A DNA stretch of 63,924 bases, filler included, from Octopus bimaculoides (lineage: Eukaryota), in the NCBI RefSeq assembly GCF_001194135.2. It is 4 parts of 4 records of this genome, joined end to end, with 100 filler letters (N's around TTAATTAATTAA, not from the genome) between each part and the next. Parts side by side here need not be neighbours in the genome. Positions count along the whole stretch, not along the records: positions 36,590 to 62,767 come from NC_068987.1; 3 more parts are not named here. One strand, written 5' to 3'. Shown one piece after another: positions 41,930 to 56,072 of this stretch (position 1 is the stretch's first letter; every line of letters starts with the position of its first letter). The notes beneath the pieces were generated by a model. The model searched no databases and was not told the origin of the DNA. It saw only the letters and a list, made by a program, of their open reading frames with translations. Position numbers and translations under genes: made by a program.

Positions 41930-42598
41930 GGCAAATGGCTCAGTGGTTAGAGCATTGGGCTTGCAATCATGAGGTAGTGAGTTCAATTCCCATACTGGGC
42001 TGTGTATTGTGTTTTTGAGCAAGACACTTTTTCACATTGCTCCATTTCATTCAGTTTTTTCTTTTACATGTTTCAATCATTTGACTGCGTCCATGAAGGA
42101 GCACCACCTTTAGTCGAGCAAATCAATCCCAGAGCTTATTCTTTGTAAGCCTAGTACTTATTCTATCACTCTTTTTGCTGAACCGCTAAGTTACGGGGAC
42201 GTAAANNNNNNNNNNNNNNGGGGGGGGGGGATACACAGACATATACACACGACGGGCTTCTTCCAGTTTCCGTCTACCAAATCCACTCACAAGGCTTTGG
42301 TCAGCCCAAGGCTATAGTAGAAGACTTTTGCCCAAGGTGCCACACAGTGGTACTGAACCTAGGACCACGTGGTTGGTAAGCAAGCTACTTACCACACAGC
42401 CACTCCTGCGCCAGCTGTAGAAATGAGATGGGACATCACTGGTGCCAAGCTGTATCGGCCTTTGCCTTTCCCTTGGATAACATCAGTGGTGTAGAGATGT
42501 GAGGCTGGTATGCATGAGCGACTGCTGGACTTGTGCCTTGATCAGGTACATTCTAGGTTCAGTCCCATGGTCATTCATGACCAAAAGGGGTCTTTACA
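41930..42598 (+). mobile_element. SINE family C (tRNA-like head TGGCTCAGTGGTTAGAGC), interrupted
   Basis: 41930-42054 plus 42412-42598 reconstitute the uninterrupted copy at 52360-52692(-). Related heads at 46860-47140(-) and possibly 18725-18990(+). Confidence 0.8.
42055..42411 (-). mobile_element. Full-length family-B SINE inserted into a family-C SINE
   Basis: Head at 42411, tail at 42055, flanked by CAG at 42052-42054 and 42412-42414; contains a small gap. Confidence 0.8.
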
Positions 42599-43859
42599 CT
42601 TTTATATTTAGCTCCACTCACTAGTTTTATTTTCATCTTTTGTTGTTGGATTGCGACCATGAAGGGGTTTAGTCAAATAGTTGACCCCAGTATTTTTCTT
42701 TTTTTTTTATGTTTTAAGACAAATATTTTATCAGGGGATGTAAACAAACCAGCTTACTGGTTACTGAGCAGTGGTACACACACACACATATGATGGGCTT
42801 CTTTCAGTTTCTTATTTCTTTATTGCCCACAAGGGGCTAAACACAGAGGGGACAAACAAGGACAGACAAAGGGATTAAGTTGATTACATCGATCCCAGTG
42901 CATAACTGGTACTTAATTTATCGACCCCAAAAGGATGAAAGGCAAAGTCAACCTCAGTGGAATTTGAACTCAGAATGTAATGGCAGACAAAATACTACCA
43001 AGCATTTTGCCCGGCATGCTAATGTTTCTGCCAGCGTGCCGGCTTCTTTCAGTTTCTGTCTAATTAATCCACTCGCAAAGCTTTGGTTGCCCAGGGCTAA
43101 AGTAAAAAGATTTTCACTCCAGATGCTATTCAGGGGGGACCGAACCCAGAACCATGTGGTTGGGGAGCAAACTACTTCACCACACAGCCATACTCGTACA
43201 TATAGCCACATTCATTAATTATCATCACAATTTTTTCATGCTAGCATGGTTTGGGCACCTCCCTGAAGTGCCCTGCTAATCTGATCTCTCATTGGAGACA
43301 GCAACTGACAATAAATGAATAGGTAATAGAAACAACCTCCTATTATAGTAAATGTTGTGGATTCTTTGTTAGTAAGATTTTAGCTGGCTGTTCTTCTCAT
43401 CACCAACTGCTTTTCAACCAGGACTGAGTGTATTTTAGCATCCCAAAGGTACCTCAGAAGTTCGGTGTGTCAGTACACTGCAGAATCATCTCTACTTGTA
43501 TCAGTTATTATTCACAACCAGCTTTTTTCATTTTCCATCTATGAAATCCATTGATAAGACAAAGTTCAGCCATGGGCTATAGGAGGTGCTTACCTACAGT
43601 GCTACTCCTTAAGTATTGTCTGTGAAAAATGAGATGTTTATAAAACTTTTAACCCATTAGTATTAAGGTTTATTTTTGCCAGATGTTGTACTTGTAGGCG
43701 CAGGAGAGGCTGTGTGGTAAGAAGCTAGCTATCCAACCACATGGTTCCAGGTTCAGTCCTATTGCGTGGCACTTTGGACGAGTGTCTTCTAATACAACCT
43801 CGGACCGACCAGAGTCCTGTGAGTGGATTTGGTAGACACAAACTAAAAGAAGCCCGTCA

Positions 43860-44222
43860 TGAGGTAGCTGAGTTTCTTCCGAGTGTTGGGCCTCATGGAG
43901 GCAAAGTAGTCAAGCTCCTTTCGAGTGTTAGACCTCACAGAAGCAATGACCAAGACCTTTTGACATTATATTGTACTTGAGAAGACCCATCAAGCTAAGC
44001 AAAATCGCAGTCATAGCAGATACCAGTGTCGCACAAATGGTACCTGTGCCAGTGGCACATAAAAGCATCTATTACACTCTTGGAGTGGTTAGTATTAGGA
44101 AGGGCATCCAGCCATAGAAAACCATGCTAAATCAGACTGGATCCTGCCGTAGTGTGCCTGCCAGCCCAGTCAAACTGTCCAACCCATGCCAGCATGGACA
44201 ACAGACGTTAAATGATGATGAT
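43860..44222 (+). mobile_element. RTE LINE 3' end nested inside a family-B SINE
   Basis: LDLTEAMT..VLEKTHQAK, then the same UTR and a (GAT)n tail; lies between a SINE head (43698-43858) and its tail (44226-44465). Confidence 0.7.
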
Positions 44223-44659
44223 GATATATGTATATATGTATGTATATGCATTTGTGTGTCTGTGTTTGTCTACCACCACCACCATTGCTTGACACCGATG
44301 TTGGTGTGTTTATGTCCCCGTAACTTATCAGTTCAGCAAGAGAAACCAATAGAATAAATAACTAGGCTTACAAGGAATAAGTTCTGGGGTCTATTTGTTC
44401 AACTACAGGCGGTGCTCCAGCATGGCCGCAGTCAAATGACTGATACAAGTAAAAGAATAAAAGAATTATTGATTCGCATTATTTTGAATTGTGTATTATT
44501 TGAGATTTTGATGATATAATTGCTTATTTTTAGTATCACAATGTGTGAGCGAGTAGATCTGGCAAGTTTTAACAATTAGAATATTTGGGGTAGATGTGGC
44601 CAGTTTAAATGTTGTAGGGTTAAGCCATGTCTAAGTGTAGTCAGTCAGAAATATTTACA

Positions 44660-45135
44660 ATGGTGTCACAACTAGAACCCGAAGTTGAACTCAATTTGAC
44701 GACTGGCACCTATGCCAATGTCGTCTCCTACATTGGACACAAAACTCAGCTTGCGAAGACTTGTTGGGGAAGCGAAAGCGAAATCATGATGGCACCTGTG
44801 CCCACTGTCGCCTTCCTGGCACTTGTGCCGGTGGCACGTGTAAGGCATTCGAGCGAGATAGTTGCCAGTGATGCTGGACTGGCTCCTGTGCAGGTGGCAC
44901 GTAAAATACACCATTTTGAGCGTGGCCGTTGCCAGTACCGCCAGACTGGCCTTCGTGCCAGTGGCACGTAAAAGTACCCACTACACTCTTGGAGTGGTTG
45001 GCGTTAGGACGGGCATCCAGCTGTAGAAACTCTGCCAAATCAGATTGGAGACTGGTGCAGCCACTTGGTCCACCAGTCCTCAGTCAAATCGTCCAACCCA
45101 TGCTAGCATGGAAAGCAGACGTTAAATGACAATGA
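44660..45135 (+). mobile_element. RTE LINE 3'UTR copy with three internal ~65-bp units
   Basis: Shared UTR. Further copies at about 41408-41545(-), 51850-52010(-), 53770-53960(+), 55850-56060(-) and 60380-60600(+). Confidence 0.75.
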
Positions 45136-45678
45136 TTGTAAGATAGGTGTGTGTGCGGCTGGATCTGGCCAGTTTGGTCATACAACATGTAGAATGTTTT
45201 GGATGAATATGGCTGGTTTAAATGCTAGAGTGTTAAACAACCTATGTAACAACACAATCTCTTTTGTCTTTCCTGTATTGACACCACCTGACATATTTTG
45301 ATTAATTCTTCACCTGCTTTGCTCAAAAGTTTTACAAACATCTCCTGTGTATTCTTGATATATGGAGGATATAAAGTGTATATGATAAGTATGTGTATTG
45401 ATATGTATGCGATGGTATACTTGCGTGTGTGTGTGTGTGTGTGTGTATGTATGAACACGTGTATATATGATGTGTATGTATATATATCCACATATATGCA
45501 AAGAGTTTAAATGATGAGAGAAGTACATGATGAAAAGTACATGATGCAAAAGCTGTGTTTATGTTAATTAGCAGCAGAAGCTTCATTTCATTGCAGTTCT
45601 CCCCCCCTCCCCACTCTCTCTCTATAACCCCCCCCTATATGTATACTCTCTCCTCTCCCTCTCACACAAACACACACA

Positions 45679-45715
<37 letters not shown>

Positions 45716-46114
45716 NNNNNNNNNNNNNNNNNNNNNNNNNNNNNNNNNNNNNNNNNNNNNNNNNNNNNNNNNNNNNNNNNNNNNNNNNNNNNNNNNNNNN
45801 NNNNNNNNNNNNNNNNNNNNNNNNNNNNNNNNNNNNNNNNNNNNNNNNNNNNNNNNNNNNNNNNNNNNNNNNNNNNNNNNNNNNNNNNNNNNNNNNNNNN
45901 NNNNNNNNNNNNNNNNNNNNNNNNNNNNNNNNNNNNNNNNNNNNNNNNNNNNNNNNNNNNNNNNNNNNNNNNNNNNNNNNNNNNNNNNNNNNNNNGCCTA
46001 TTGTAAACTGTAAATGTAAATTTACAATGTTCCATTACTGTTTTTTTAAAATTTTGTCTTAAAATTCATTTATATCAATGTGGGTCTGTAGGTATCTCTT
46101 TCTCTATCTCTCTC

Positions 46115-46160
<46 letters not shown>

Positions 46161-48378
46161 GTGTCTTGTTGATTTTGTATCATGATGCCTCAGTAAATTA
46201 TAAGCTTTATATTCTAACTATAATATTTGAATAAAAAGTCTTTTTTTTTTTATCATTCTTTCCAAAATATTACTTCAATAACAAAAGGAACGAGAAGTTA
46301 AATGGTTTAGATCTTGAAAAAGAAATCTATGTATGCATATTTGTGTGTGTGTGTGTGTCTACACGCACACATGTGAAGTTTGCTGGGTTCATTTTTTGTA
46401 CATACAGTTTGAGTTCATTACGACATATTTTGATGGCTAACATAAGATAAACATCATATTTTACAACTTCCTGGAATTGATTTAATCTTCAGAACACTTA
46501 GTTTCTGACAGGTTTTCCAGTCATTGATTTATAATAGGTAGTACTAACATTGATTATTTAATTTAAATCTATCAAATTATAGCTATCCTACTACATTGCT
46601 TTGGACTGTGGTTGTCAGTTATAGATTTTATTGGAATTATGTACATGTGTGTACACGTACACTCATACACTTGTATATACATATATACATTTTGCTCTTG
46701 TCATCATTTTATATCAGCTTTTCCTTGCTCAAATGAGTTGAGTAGGTGTCATCACCCTTTTAGTTGCCCTCTTTCAAAATATAGGGTAATGGTGTACCTA
46801 TTCTAAAGCTTATATATCTACATGTGTAATTATAGATATGATGGACTCTCCTGTCGTTAGATGACGTATGAAGGTTTGTCAATTTCTTACCGAAGAACCA
46901 CACAGATGATTTGTTTATAGCAATCAAATGTTTGTGCTGACATAAACTCGCTCCCTCCATCAGATCAACATCACTTGTACAGATAGAAACGGGTGCCACT
47001 TGTCAGATGTCGAAATTGTCACAGAGCAACATGAAATAAAGTGCTTTGTGCAAGGACACGACACACCACCCGGTCTGGGAATCGAACTCGTGATCTCGCA
47101 ATCGTGAGTGCAACACCTTAACCACTAAGCCATTCGCCTTTATACACACACATACACACTGTGTGTGTGGAAGTAGTTGTTTTTGTATCTTTCACATGAG
47201 TACAAGGGGAAGAAATGGAAGTTGAAAATGCACTTTGGGTTTTTTTCTAAGATTTATTTGTATTTATTTACAGTAATTTAAAGTAATTCCAGAATTTTCA
47301 AAAATAGTGTGAGGTGAATATATGTGTATATACACAAAATCACTGTCATCATCATCATCATCATCATCATCATTTAATGTCCATTTTGTCATATTTGTGT
47401 GTGGACCAGATGAAGTATTTGTTGAGGCTGATTTTTCCTTTGCTGGATGCCTTTACACTCACCAACCCTCCCTTGTTTCCAAGCGAGATAATATTTTATA
47501 TTTCCCTGTAACTAGACATGTTTTTTTATGGAAGACTGGAAATGAACAACCTCGTATAACTTAGTGCATTTACAACCTCCGGCTAGGCATGTGTACACCC
47601 TAATGCACACAAATATACACACACATGCATGTGCAAACACACACAACAGGCTTCCTTCAGTTTCTGTCTGCCAAATCTACTCATAAGGCTTTAGTTGGCT
47701 TGGAGCTGTAATAGAAAAGACTTGCCCAACATGGCATGCAGTAGCACAAAATCTTATCATATACCTATGCCTGTAAAAAAAGATTTAAAAAAAAAAACAC
47801 ACGCCCTGTACCCCTTTAAAGTGGGTGGCTTTCGTAAGGGCATTCACCCATAGAAACCAAGACAAAAGACTATGATATCTGGCGCAGCTCTTCAGCTTGC
47901 CAGTTCCAATCGAACATATGTGATTTCTGCCTGATGAATATGTTTGAGGCATTTCTCAACATATGAAACTATTAGTAGCACACAAAGCCATGTATGTATT
48001 AAATAAGTTATACATATATATTGAGGGCAGTGGAAGTCAGGTAGTAAGTTACTAGGAAGTATATTTACGTATACACAATTACATCATTGAAAGTTTGAAG
48101 CTGCAAGGTAGTAATTCATGATTAATTCAAAACAATGTGAATAAATAAGCATTATATTTGGCAGAGTAATCTGAATGCTTATGGCTTAATCGTGTCACAG
48201 ATACTAGAGGAGTTATTTAGAAGGATTAAGTTAAGAGTTCCTTTTCCCTACATGATAAGTGTAGAAAGCTTTTAAATGTTACTAATTAAATGTTAACTAC
48301 ATTTTCTAATTAATGTAAGCATCTCTAATTTTCTTTTTGTTTTTTTTTTTCTTTCTATTTATTCAGGTTAATGTCATC

Positions 48379-48886
48379 ATGAACCGCTTAGAATTTGTCT
48401 TGATGCTGTCGATAGCATGTACACTTGCTGCACATAATCACTGTCCACCAAACACTTACTTCAATACGACATTTAAAAAATGCATTAACTGTTCAACTTG
48501 TCCCGACAATGAGATAATCCGCAGCCCCTGCAGTCCTTACGAAGATCTCTCCTGTGGGCCATTTGTGGAGTTCAATCGTTTTGTAGTCGGTGACAAACAT
48601 AAACAGCAAAACAAAAGCAGGGGACATCATCCGTACTGGAAACCCGATCCACACAAACCAGTGATACACCATGATCCGAATATTGATTACGCGAAACCTC
48701 GGATGAACCAACCTGCTCTAGTAACAACTATCAATCAGGATACAACCCCTTGGAAAACTATTGCTCTTTCTTTGATTAGTATCATTTGTACTAGTGTGGT
48801 TTTACTACTAGTTGCTGTGATAGTTGTGCACTTTTACAAAAAGAGAAATTCTGGTTATGATAAAGAAGTCATATATGACACTAATG
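48379..48886 (+). CDS. TNF receptor superfamily protein (single CRD, Wengen/EDAR-like), first coding exon: signal peptide, CRD, stalk, TM helix
   Basis: Polypyrimidine tract and AG at 48365-48366, ATG at 48379, donor GTAAGT at 48887 (phase 1). Translation: signal peptide MNRLEFVLMLSIACTLAA; six-Cys CRD CPPNTYFNTTFKKCINCSTCPDNEIIRSPCSPYEDLSCG; hydrophobic TIALSLISIICTSVVLLLVAVIVVHFY followed by KKR. Confidence 0.9.
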
Positions 48887-48972
48887 GTAAGTTGTGACTA
48901 TTTTTTTTTTCTCTTTTGCATTGTAAATTATGCTTATTCATTGCAATAACCTCTGTGAGGAGGCCCCTAGAT

Positions 48973-49321
48973 CAGTGGTTCTCAATCGTTTTTTACCTAT
49001 GAACTCCTTGGATTCTTATTTTACTCTACTGGACCCCGTAGCCATTTGATGCTTAAACAATCCTATGACATTTTTTTTTATTTAAAAAATTATCATTAGG
49101 AATTGTATGAAAAATTTATAATATTTTGTGTATTGTAGAATTATTAAACAATGCTATGACATTTTTTTTAATTAAAAAATAATTAAAAAATTATTATTAG
49201 GAATTGTATGAAAAATTTATATTTTGTGTATTGTAGAATTATAAACCAATTTATTGCATATAAACAACAAAATCTTGTATGGACCTCCAAGAGCCATATG
49301 AATCCCAGTTGAGAATCACTG
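48973..49321. mobile_element. hAT/Charlie-type MITE with an internal ~90-bp tandem duplication
   Basis: TIRs CAGTGGTTCTCAA / TTGAGAATCACTG; 8-bp flanks CCCTAGAT and CTCTAGGT (6/8 identical, NTCTAGAN-like). Confidence 0.8.
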
Positions 49322-50169
49322 CTCTAGGTAGTTATGCAAGTTGGTAGATTTTAACGGTTGAAGCTCCCTCAAATCACTCCTTACCATTTTACAAAAAAGA
49401 ATGATACATTGAATAACATAGACTTAGGGACATTGTCTGTAGATGGGCATGCCTCAAGTGCTTTGGTCATAACTCTTTTTTTATCTAAGTAGCTTCCTTC
49501 ATTTTTTTTGCTTCTTTCTTTTGTCTTGAAAAGGAAGAGCACTCCATGCTATTTTCCAATGACTCCCAGACTAGCAAAGAAAGAAGAGAAGCTATCCTCA
49601 GACCAGGGACCTGCCCAAATATCTGCAACAGAATAGACTTTGTTGTGCTATAATATATATACCAAAGGGTTGAGGAGGTAGAGTTTAACCAGACAACTAG
49701 TTCAGTTTATCATCCCAGGAAAGAAACAGTCAACCATTAAACACCATATGCTTTTTGTGTACCAAATTTCACAACAATGGTTAATCAAGAACCTTGATGG
49801 AATACACTTCTTCAAGGTCCTGTACAGTAAAATTGAACCAAAGTTATATACATGCTGGGCAGTTTTCTTAACTACATTGCCATGTCTGTGCTTGGAGCTA
49901 AACAAATGTTAGCACTGAATTCATGAGCCAATGCGAGAGCTTCTACATGGTTTCAAGATTTGCTAGAAATAAGACAAATCTCATACCACTTTCTTAAAAA
50001 TGGAGGTACACATTGGACTATGTAATCTCTGCGATACATAATGACAGGGTGGTCTTATTCAGGGTTGACAAGGGACTAAGCAGCATCCGTGGCAGCCACT
50101 GAACGTATTAGGAACCATCATCATCTGCTATTTTCCTTTAAAAATAATATTCATAATTGTGTGTGTGTG

Positions 50170-50630
50170 TGTGTAATCATGAATATCATTTAGCATCTGC
50201 TTTACATGCTGGCATGGGTTAGATGGGTTGACTGGAACTGGTAAGCTGGAGAGCTGTAGCTGGTTCCAGTCTGATTTTGGCTTGGTTTCTACAGCTGGAT
50301 GCCCTTCCTTAATGCCCACAACTCTGAGAGTGTAGTGGGTACCTTCTATGTGTCAGTGGCACAGGTGCTCATGTGTCACTGGCATGGGTGTTTTTATGTG
50401 TCGCCATCATGAGTGATTTTATGTGTCACCAGCACCAGCCACTGGCTTGAGGCATCCTCTGAAGCACAGCAAATCACCAAAGGTCATGATATCTTGTCAT
50501 CAATTCCTTGAGACCCAACATTCGAAGATCCTGCTTCATCACCTTGTCCCATTGTCTTCCTGGGTCTACCTCTTCCACAGGTTCCCTCCACAGACAGAGA
50601 TCGCCACTTCTTTATGCAAGCTGTCCTTAT
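50170..50630 (-). mobile_element. RTE LINE 3' end (ORF2 C-terminus plus 3'UTR)
   Basis: Minus-strand CIKKWRSLSVEGTCGRGRPRKT/WDKVMKQDLRMLGL, then the GGAAGGGCATCCAGC..CCATGCCAGCATG UTR shared with other copies. Confidence 0.8.
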
Positions 50631-52842
50631 CTATACACAAGTTATCCTTGTCCATACTCAAGCTATTCGTGTCCACACACACAAACACCTCATTTTAACA
50701 TCCACTTTTCTATGCTGCATAGGTTGGATGGAGTTTAGTGAGGCAAATTTTATACATCCTGATGCACTTCTTCTTGCCAGCCCTCTCCTGTGTCCAAGCA
50801 AGGTAGTACTTCTCCATGGTTAGAAGTTTCCACCAAACATTGGAAATAAATTACAATTGTTGATAAGTCAAAACAAGGAGACACAAATGCCCACGCATGC
50901 GCATGCACGTATGTTTTCACAGTAGACTGCAAGTAGAAGATTCCTCTGTATTGACAGCATGGTTGTTGTTTACTGTCATTGAACACACGTGAAGATGAAG
51001 GGAAATACAAAATCACTCATACAAACATATAAAAACACACAGGCACACACAGAAGGCTTATCCCTTCTGTCTTTTGCCCAACCATTCGGTTCCAGGTTCA
51101 GTCCTTTTGGGCAAGTGTCTTCTACTATAGCAGTGGGCCAGCCAAAACCTTGTGATTGGATAAGAAGCCTATTCTATATACAAATATATACACACACAAA
51201 CACGTGTGTGTGTCTTTGTTTGCCCATCCCCACCATTTGACAACCAGTGTTGGTTTGTTTACATTCCAGTAATGTAGCAGTTCAGCAAAAAGAGATGGAT
51301 AGAATAAGTACTAGGCTTAAAGATAAAAGCAGTCCTGGGGTTGATCTGTTCAACTAAACCTGTCCAAGCAGTGCCCCGACATGGCTGCAGTCCAATGACT
51401 GAAACAGTTGAACTGGAAAGTAAAATTAAAAAAAAAAAAACACTAAGAGACATCCTCCACCACACAAAATGGGCTTCCACACGAATTCCAGGTAGCAAAT
51501 TCCAAAATTCCACTTGTAAACTATTGGTCAACCTGAGGCTATGCTAGAAGACCTTTTCTACTCTGCTTGCAAAAGAAAAATATAAATTACTGTTATATAG
51601 TTCTTCCTGGAAGATTAATGAATGATGTCATTTAAATCCATCTTTCAGATGATCTTTATTCATTGAAATTGTCACATTAGATTTCATCTCTGTTTTAATT
51701 CTGTTTTTCATTTGTGAGATTCATTAAAGTTGTCAACTGCAAACATAATTCTTATTAGATTCTACAGAATGTTTTCAGGATATTTTTACCTTAGTAAATG
51801 CCAAAAAGAAAAAAGAAAAAAAAGTAGGGAAATCCTCATTATTTAACATCTACCTTTCGTGCCAGCATGGGTTGGATGGTTTTACAGGAGCTGGGTAGCT
51901 ACAGAACTGCACCCAACTCTGTTGTCTGCTTTGATATGGTTTAGATGGCTGGACGCCTTTCCTAACACCAAACACTTTTATGGATTGTACTGTGTGCTTT
52001 TTACATGACGACAGCACCAGTGAGGTCATCAAGTACCTTGCAAGAGAAGACCCCCACCTCAACTGAGTGGGGTAGTAGTATTGAGAGAGGTGGCTTTGTG
52101 CCAGCTGATGTGAGTTTACTTGTCTGGCCGTGTGGAAATATTTCTTGTTCAGAAACAGGTGAGGTGGAAGTCCTCAAATCAAAATTACATCCTTAATTTC
52201 TAATTGAGACACAAGACTAGCAATTTGGTGAAGATAGGTGAGTTGAGTACATCAACCTATGTACTAATACTTTATTTTATCTAGAGTCCTGAAGGGAAAA
52301 TAACAAAATAAACTTCAGTGGAATTTGAACTCAGATTGTAAAACACAGCCATATGCTGAAACCCCCTTCGGTCATGACTGACCATGGGATTGCACCTAGA
52401 AAGTTACCCTCCCAGGCACAAGTCCGGGCAATGTTGTTTATGGAAGACCAGTAGTCACCTATGGATACTGGCCTTCCCTCTCCACACCACCAGTGTTATC
52501 CAAGGGAAAAGCAAAAGCCAATATGGCTTGGCACCAGTGACGTCGCAACTCATTTCTACAGCTGAGTGAACTGGAGCAATGTGAAATAAAGTATCTTGCC
52601 CATGAACGCAACATGCAGCCCAGTCCGGGATTCGAACTCACAACCTCACAATCGTAAGCTCTATGCTCTAATCACTGGGCCATGCGCCTTCACTAAAACA
52701 GTCATAACTGTACCTATATTTAAATGCACAGCCATGCCTGTACCTTATATATCTAATATATATATATAAGACAGTTACAATAAATACGGAGATTGGTATA
52801 TCTGCTTAGTTTTTAGTTTTACAGTTAATTAATCAGCATAAT

Positions 52843-52875
<33 letters not shown>

Positions 52876-53736
52876 ATTCTTTTCTACTCTAGACACAAGG
52901 CCCGACATTTTGTGGGAAGGGGGCCAGTCGATTAGATCGACCCAGTATACAACTGGTACTTAATTTATCGGCCCCGAAAGGATGCAAAGCAAAGTCGACC
53001 CCAGCAGAATTTGAACTCAGAACGTAAATACACGACAAACTACTGCTAAGCATTTCACCCGGTATGCTAACATTTCTGCTAGCTCGCCACCTTGTGTGTA
53101 TATATATATATATTTATTTATTTTACACACATGTTAGTGAAGCAAGTTTTTAAGCTGTCAGCTTGAAACATGCTGTAAAACAAACTTCCTACCTCCATGA
53201 CCATGCTTGCACCTATAACTTGCCATAAGTGAGAATTTTCTTTTTCCATGGTAATCTGCAATGAAATTACCTTCTGACATTGCTAAAGTACGTCACAAAC
53301 ATATTGAACACATCTACAGTTTGTTTATTTCTCATTAGTGCTGCACCCCGCTACTTATTATTTATGTGTTCATTCAGATGAGGCGGTTCTATTCACAAGC
53401 CATGCTGTGGGATTGAGCCCAAAACTTGCAAAGTTAACAGTGTGAAATACTGAATCACACAGCAACTTCTACACCCATTATGAGAATCTTTTACCATTTA
53501 TCTTTTTACTTGTTTCAGTGGTTGTACTACGGTCATGCTGGGGCACCATTTTAGCTGAACAAATTGATCTCTGAACTTATTTTTTGAAAAGGCTGGTACT
53601 TATTCTATCAGTTTCTTCCACTGAACTGATATGTCATGGGGACTTAAACCAACCAATTCCCAATGTCACGTTGTAGCAAGGGACCAACAGAAATACCCAC
53701 ATACACACTTTCTTTTTTTCTCTCTCACTCTCTCTG

Positions 53737-53773
<37 letters not shown>

Positions 53774-54373
53774 GTGTTACACCCATGCTGGTTCCACATA
53801 AACACCTGTGTCATTGCCATGTTAAGAGCACTGATGCCGGTACCGGCATAAGGATGGGCATCCAGCCACAGAAACTATACCAAAACAGACAACTGGGGTC
53901 TGGTGCAGCCCTCCAGATTGCCAGCTCCTGTCAAACCATCCACCCCATGCCAGCATGGGGTGGATGGTTTGAAAACAGACAATAAATGAGGACACAGACA
54001 CATGCAATCTCCATCTACGAAATGCATTCACAAAGCCTTGGTTGGCCCAGGGGATATGGCAGAATACACTTGCCCAAAGTGCTGTACAGTGGAACTGAAT
54101 CTGAAACTATATGGTTGGAGAATGAGCTTCACTGCATGGCCATGCCTGTCATTGTAAACTTTGAATTTCATTATAAATATTTTGGACACAGTAATTTAGT
54201 TGAATAATTCTTCTCTTCTCTTGATATCAAAAACATTTATTTTTTTTTTCCTTAGACTGCAACCATGCTGAGGCCCACGTTGAAGAATTTTAGTCAAACG
54301 AATCAACCCCAGTACTTTTTTTTTTTTAAAGCCTGGTACTTATTCTATTGGTCTCTTTTGCCAAACTGCTAAG

Positions 54374-54416
<43 letters not shown>

Positions 54417-56072
54417 AAGTTTATTTCAGTTCCTGTCTATCAAATCCACTTGGCTTGTGGCTATGGTAGAAGACACTTGCCCAAGGGGCCATGCAATGGG
54501 ACAGAACCTTGAACCGTGTGGTTTGGGAAGCAAGCTTCTTACCACACAACTATACTTGTACCTGTGTGTATGTATGTACACAGACACATGTACATACACA
54601 CTGGAGAAAATTGTTTAGTAATTACTTCATTAATTCAATTCAATCCTGTAATTAAGATCACATCTTGACTGATAATTTACTTTTTGTTCTTCATGATAAA
54701 TTTGGGTTATGATTCAAGTGGAATCTGTTGCCATTGTTATTTACATTTATTATGTAAAATATAATTTTCATTAAAAATTTTTAGAATTTCATTTTAATTT
54801 TCTTTCGAAATGGATAAAATGAATTGTTTAGATTATGTTATCAAAAAGATTGTTTAAACAGTTTTGTGTAATTATAATCATATGGTCAAAGATTATAAAG
54901 TTACTCTTTGTGATGATGAGAAAAGTGCTTCTTAGTAGAAGACCTGTAATCTACCATAAAGGTAATAATAATAATAATAATAATGAACAATGATGATATT
55001 TTGCCAGATCAGAACAATGGGTTGGTTTTTTCTGTTTTTTTGTTTGTTCGTTCTTGTCTAACATTTCTCCAACTCCCTCATCAATCATTAGTTTTGACTA
55101 TTATCCAATTAAAGTTGATTACAATTTCATATCATCATCATCACTGCATTATTATTAAGTATTAAATTCTTAAGGTTTTGTTATTTTTAATTGTCTGACT
55201 TCCCCACTTCCAATCTGTTTTCTGTACATGCTTGAAATACTCTACACAATAGCTGGATATATTATTATTATTAATCAATTAAGGCGGTGAACTGATAGAA
55301 TCGTTATAGCATGCTGGATAAAATGCTTAGCAGTTGAGTACTGGGGTCAAAATAATTAACATACATCTTCCTCTGAAATTGCTGGCCTTGTGCTAAAATT
55401 GGAAATTTATTATTGTTATTATTTTTATTATTATTAATATTTAGGATTATAAATTTAGATATTACCAATGTTTCTGAGTAGCTTCAGGGATTCTGTATAT
55501 TATTAATTAAAATGTGTTTGTGGTAAAACAGCAAAGATAGTTTATATTGTCAAACTTAAGACAGCTTAATATCAGAATATTAATTATATCAATAATAAAA
55601 TCTTCATGAACATGATCATCATAATCATTTGACATTCACTTCTCTATGCTTGCATGGATCAGACAGAATTTGTTGAGGTAAATTTTGTATGGCCTTCCTG
55701 TCACTAACCTCTCATCTGTTTCCAAGCAAGATAATAATTTTCCCTATGGCTAAACATGTTTTTCACAGAAGACTGGAAACCAACAACATCACTTATATTA
55801 CAGTGTTGCTCATTTACAAATAGCACATGATGTCATGACAAGGATACACACGCATCATCATCATTTAATATTCATTGTCCAAGCTGGCATGGGTTGGATG
55901 GTTCCACCGGGGCTGGTAAGCTGAGGGGTTGCACCAAACTATAGTCTGATTTGGTATGGTTTTTACAGCTGGATGCCCTTCCTAACATCAGCCACTACGA
56001 GAGTGTAATGGGTACTTTTATGTGCCATCAACACGAGTGCCAGTTGCGTGACACCAATATCTGTCATGATTA

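Noticed and set aside
51649-51680. Possible internal or alternative TNFR exon after tctttcAG
   Set aside because: The phase-1 frame stops after 10 codons with no other support; such acceptors are common in AT-rich introns.
54900-54961. Possible internal exon ending AAAG|GTAATA (VLLSRRPVIYHK)
   Set aside because: No acceptor gives an open frame compatible with the phase-1 upstream donor.
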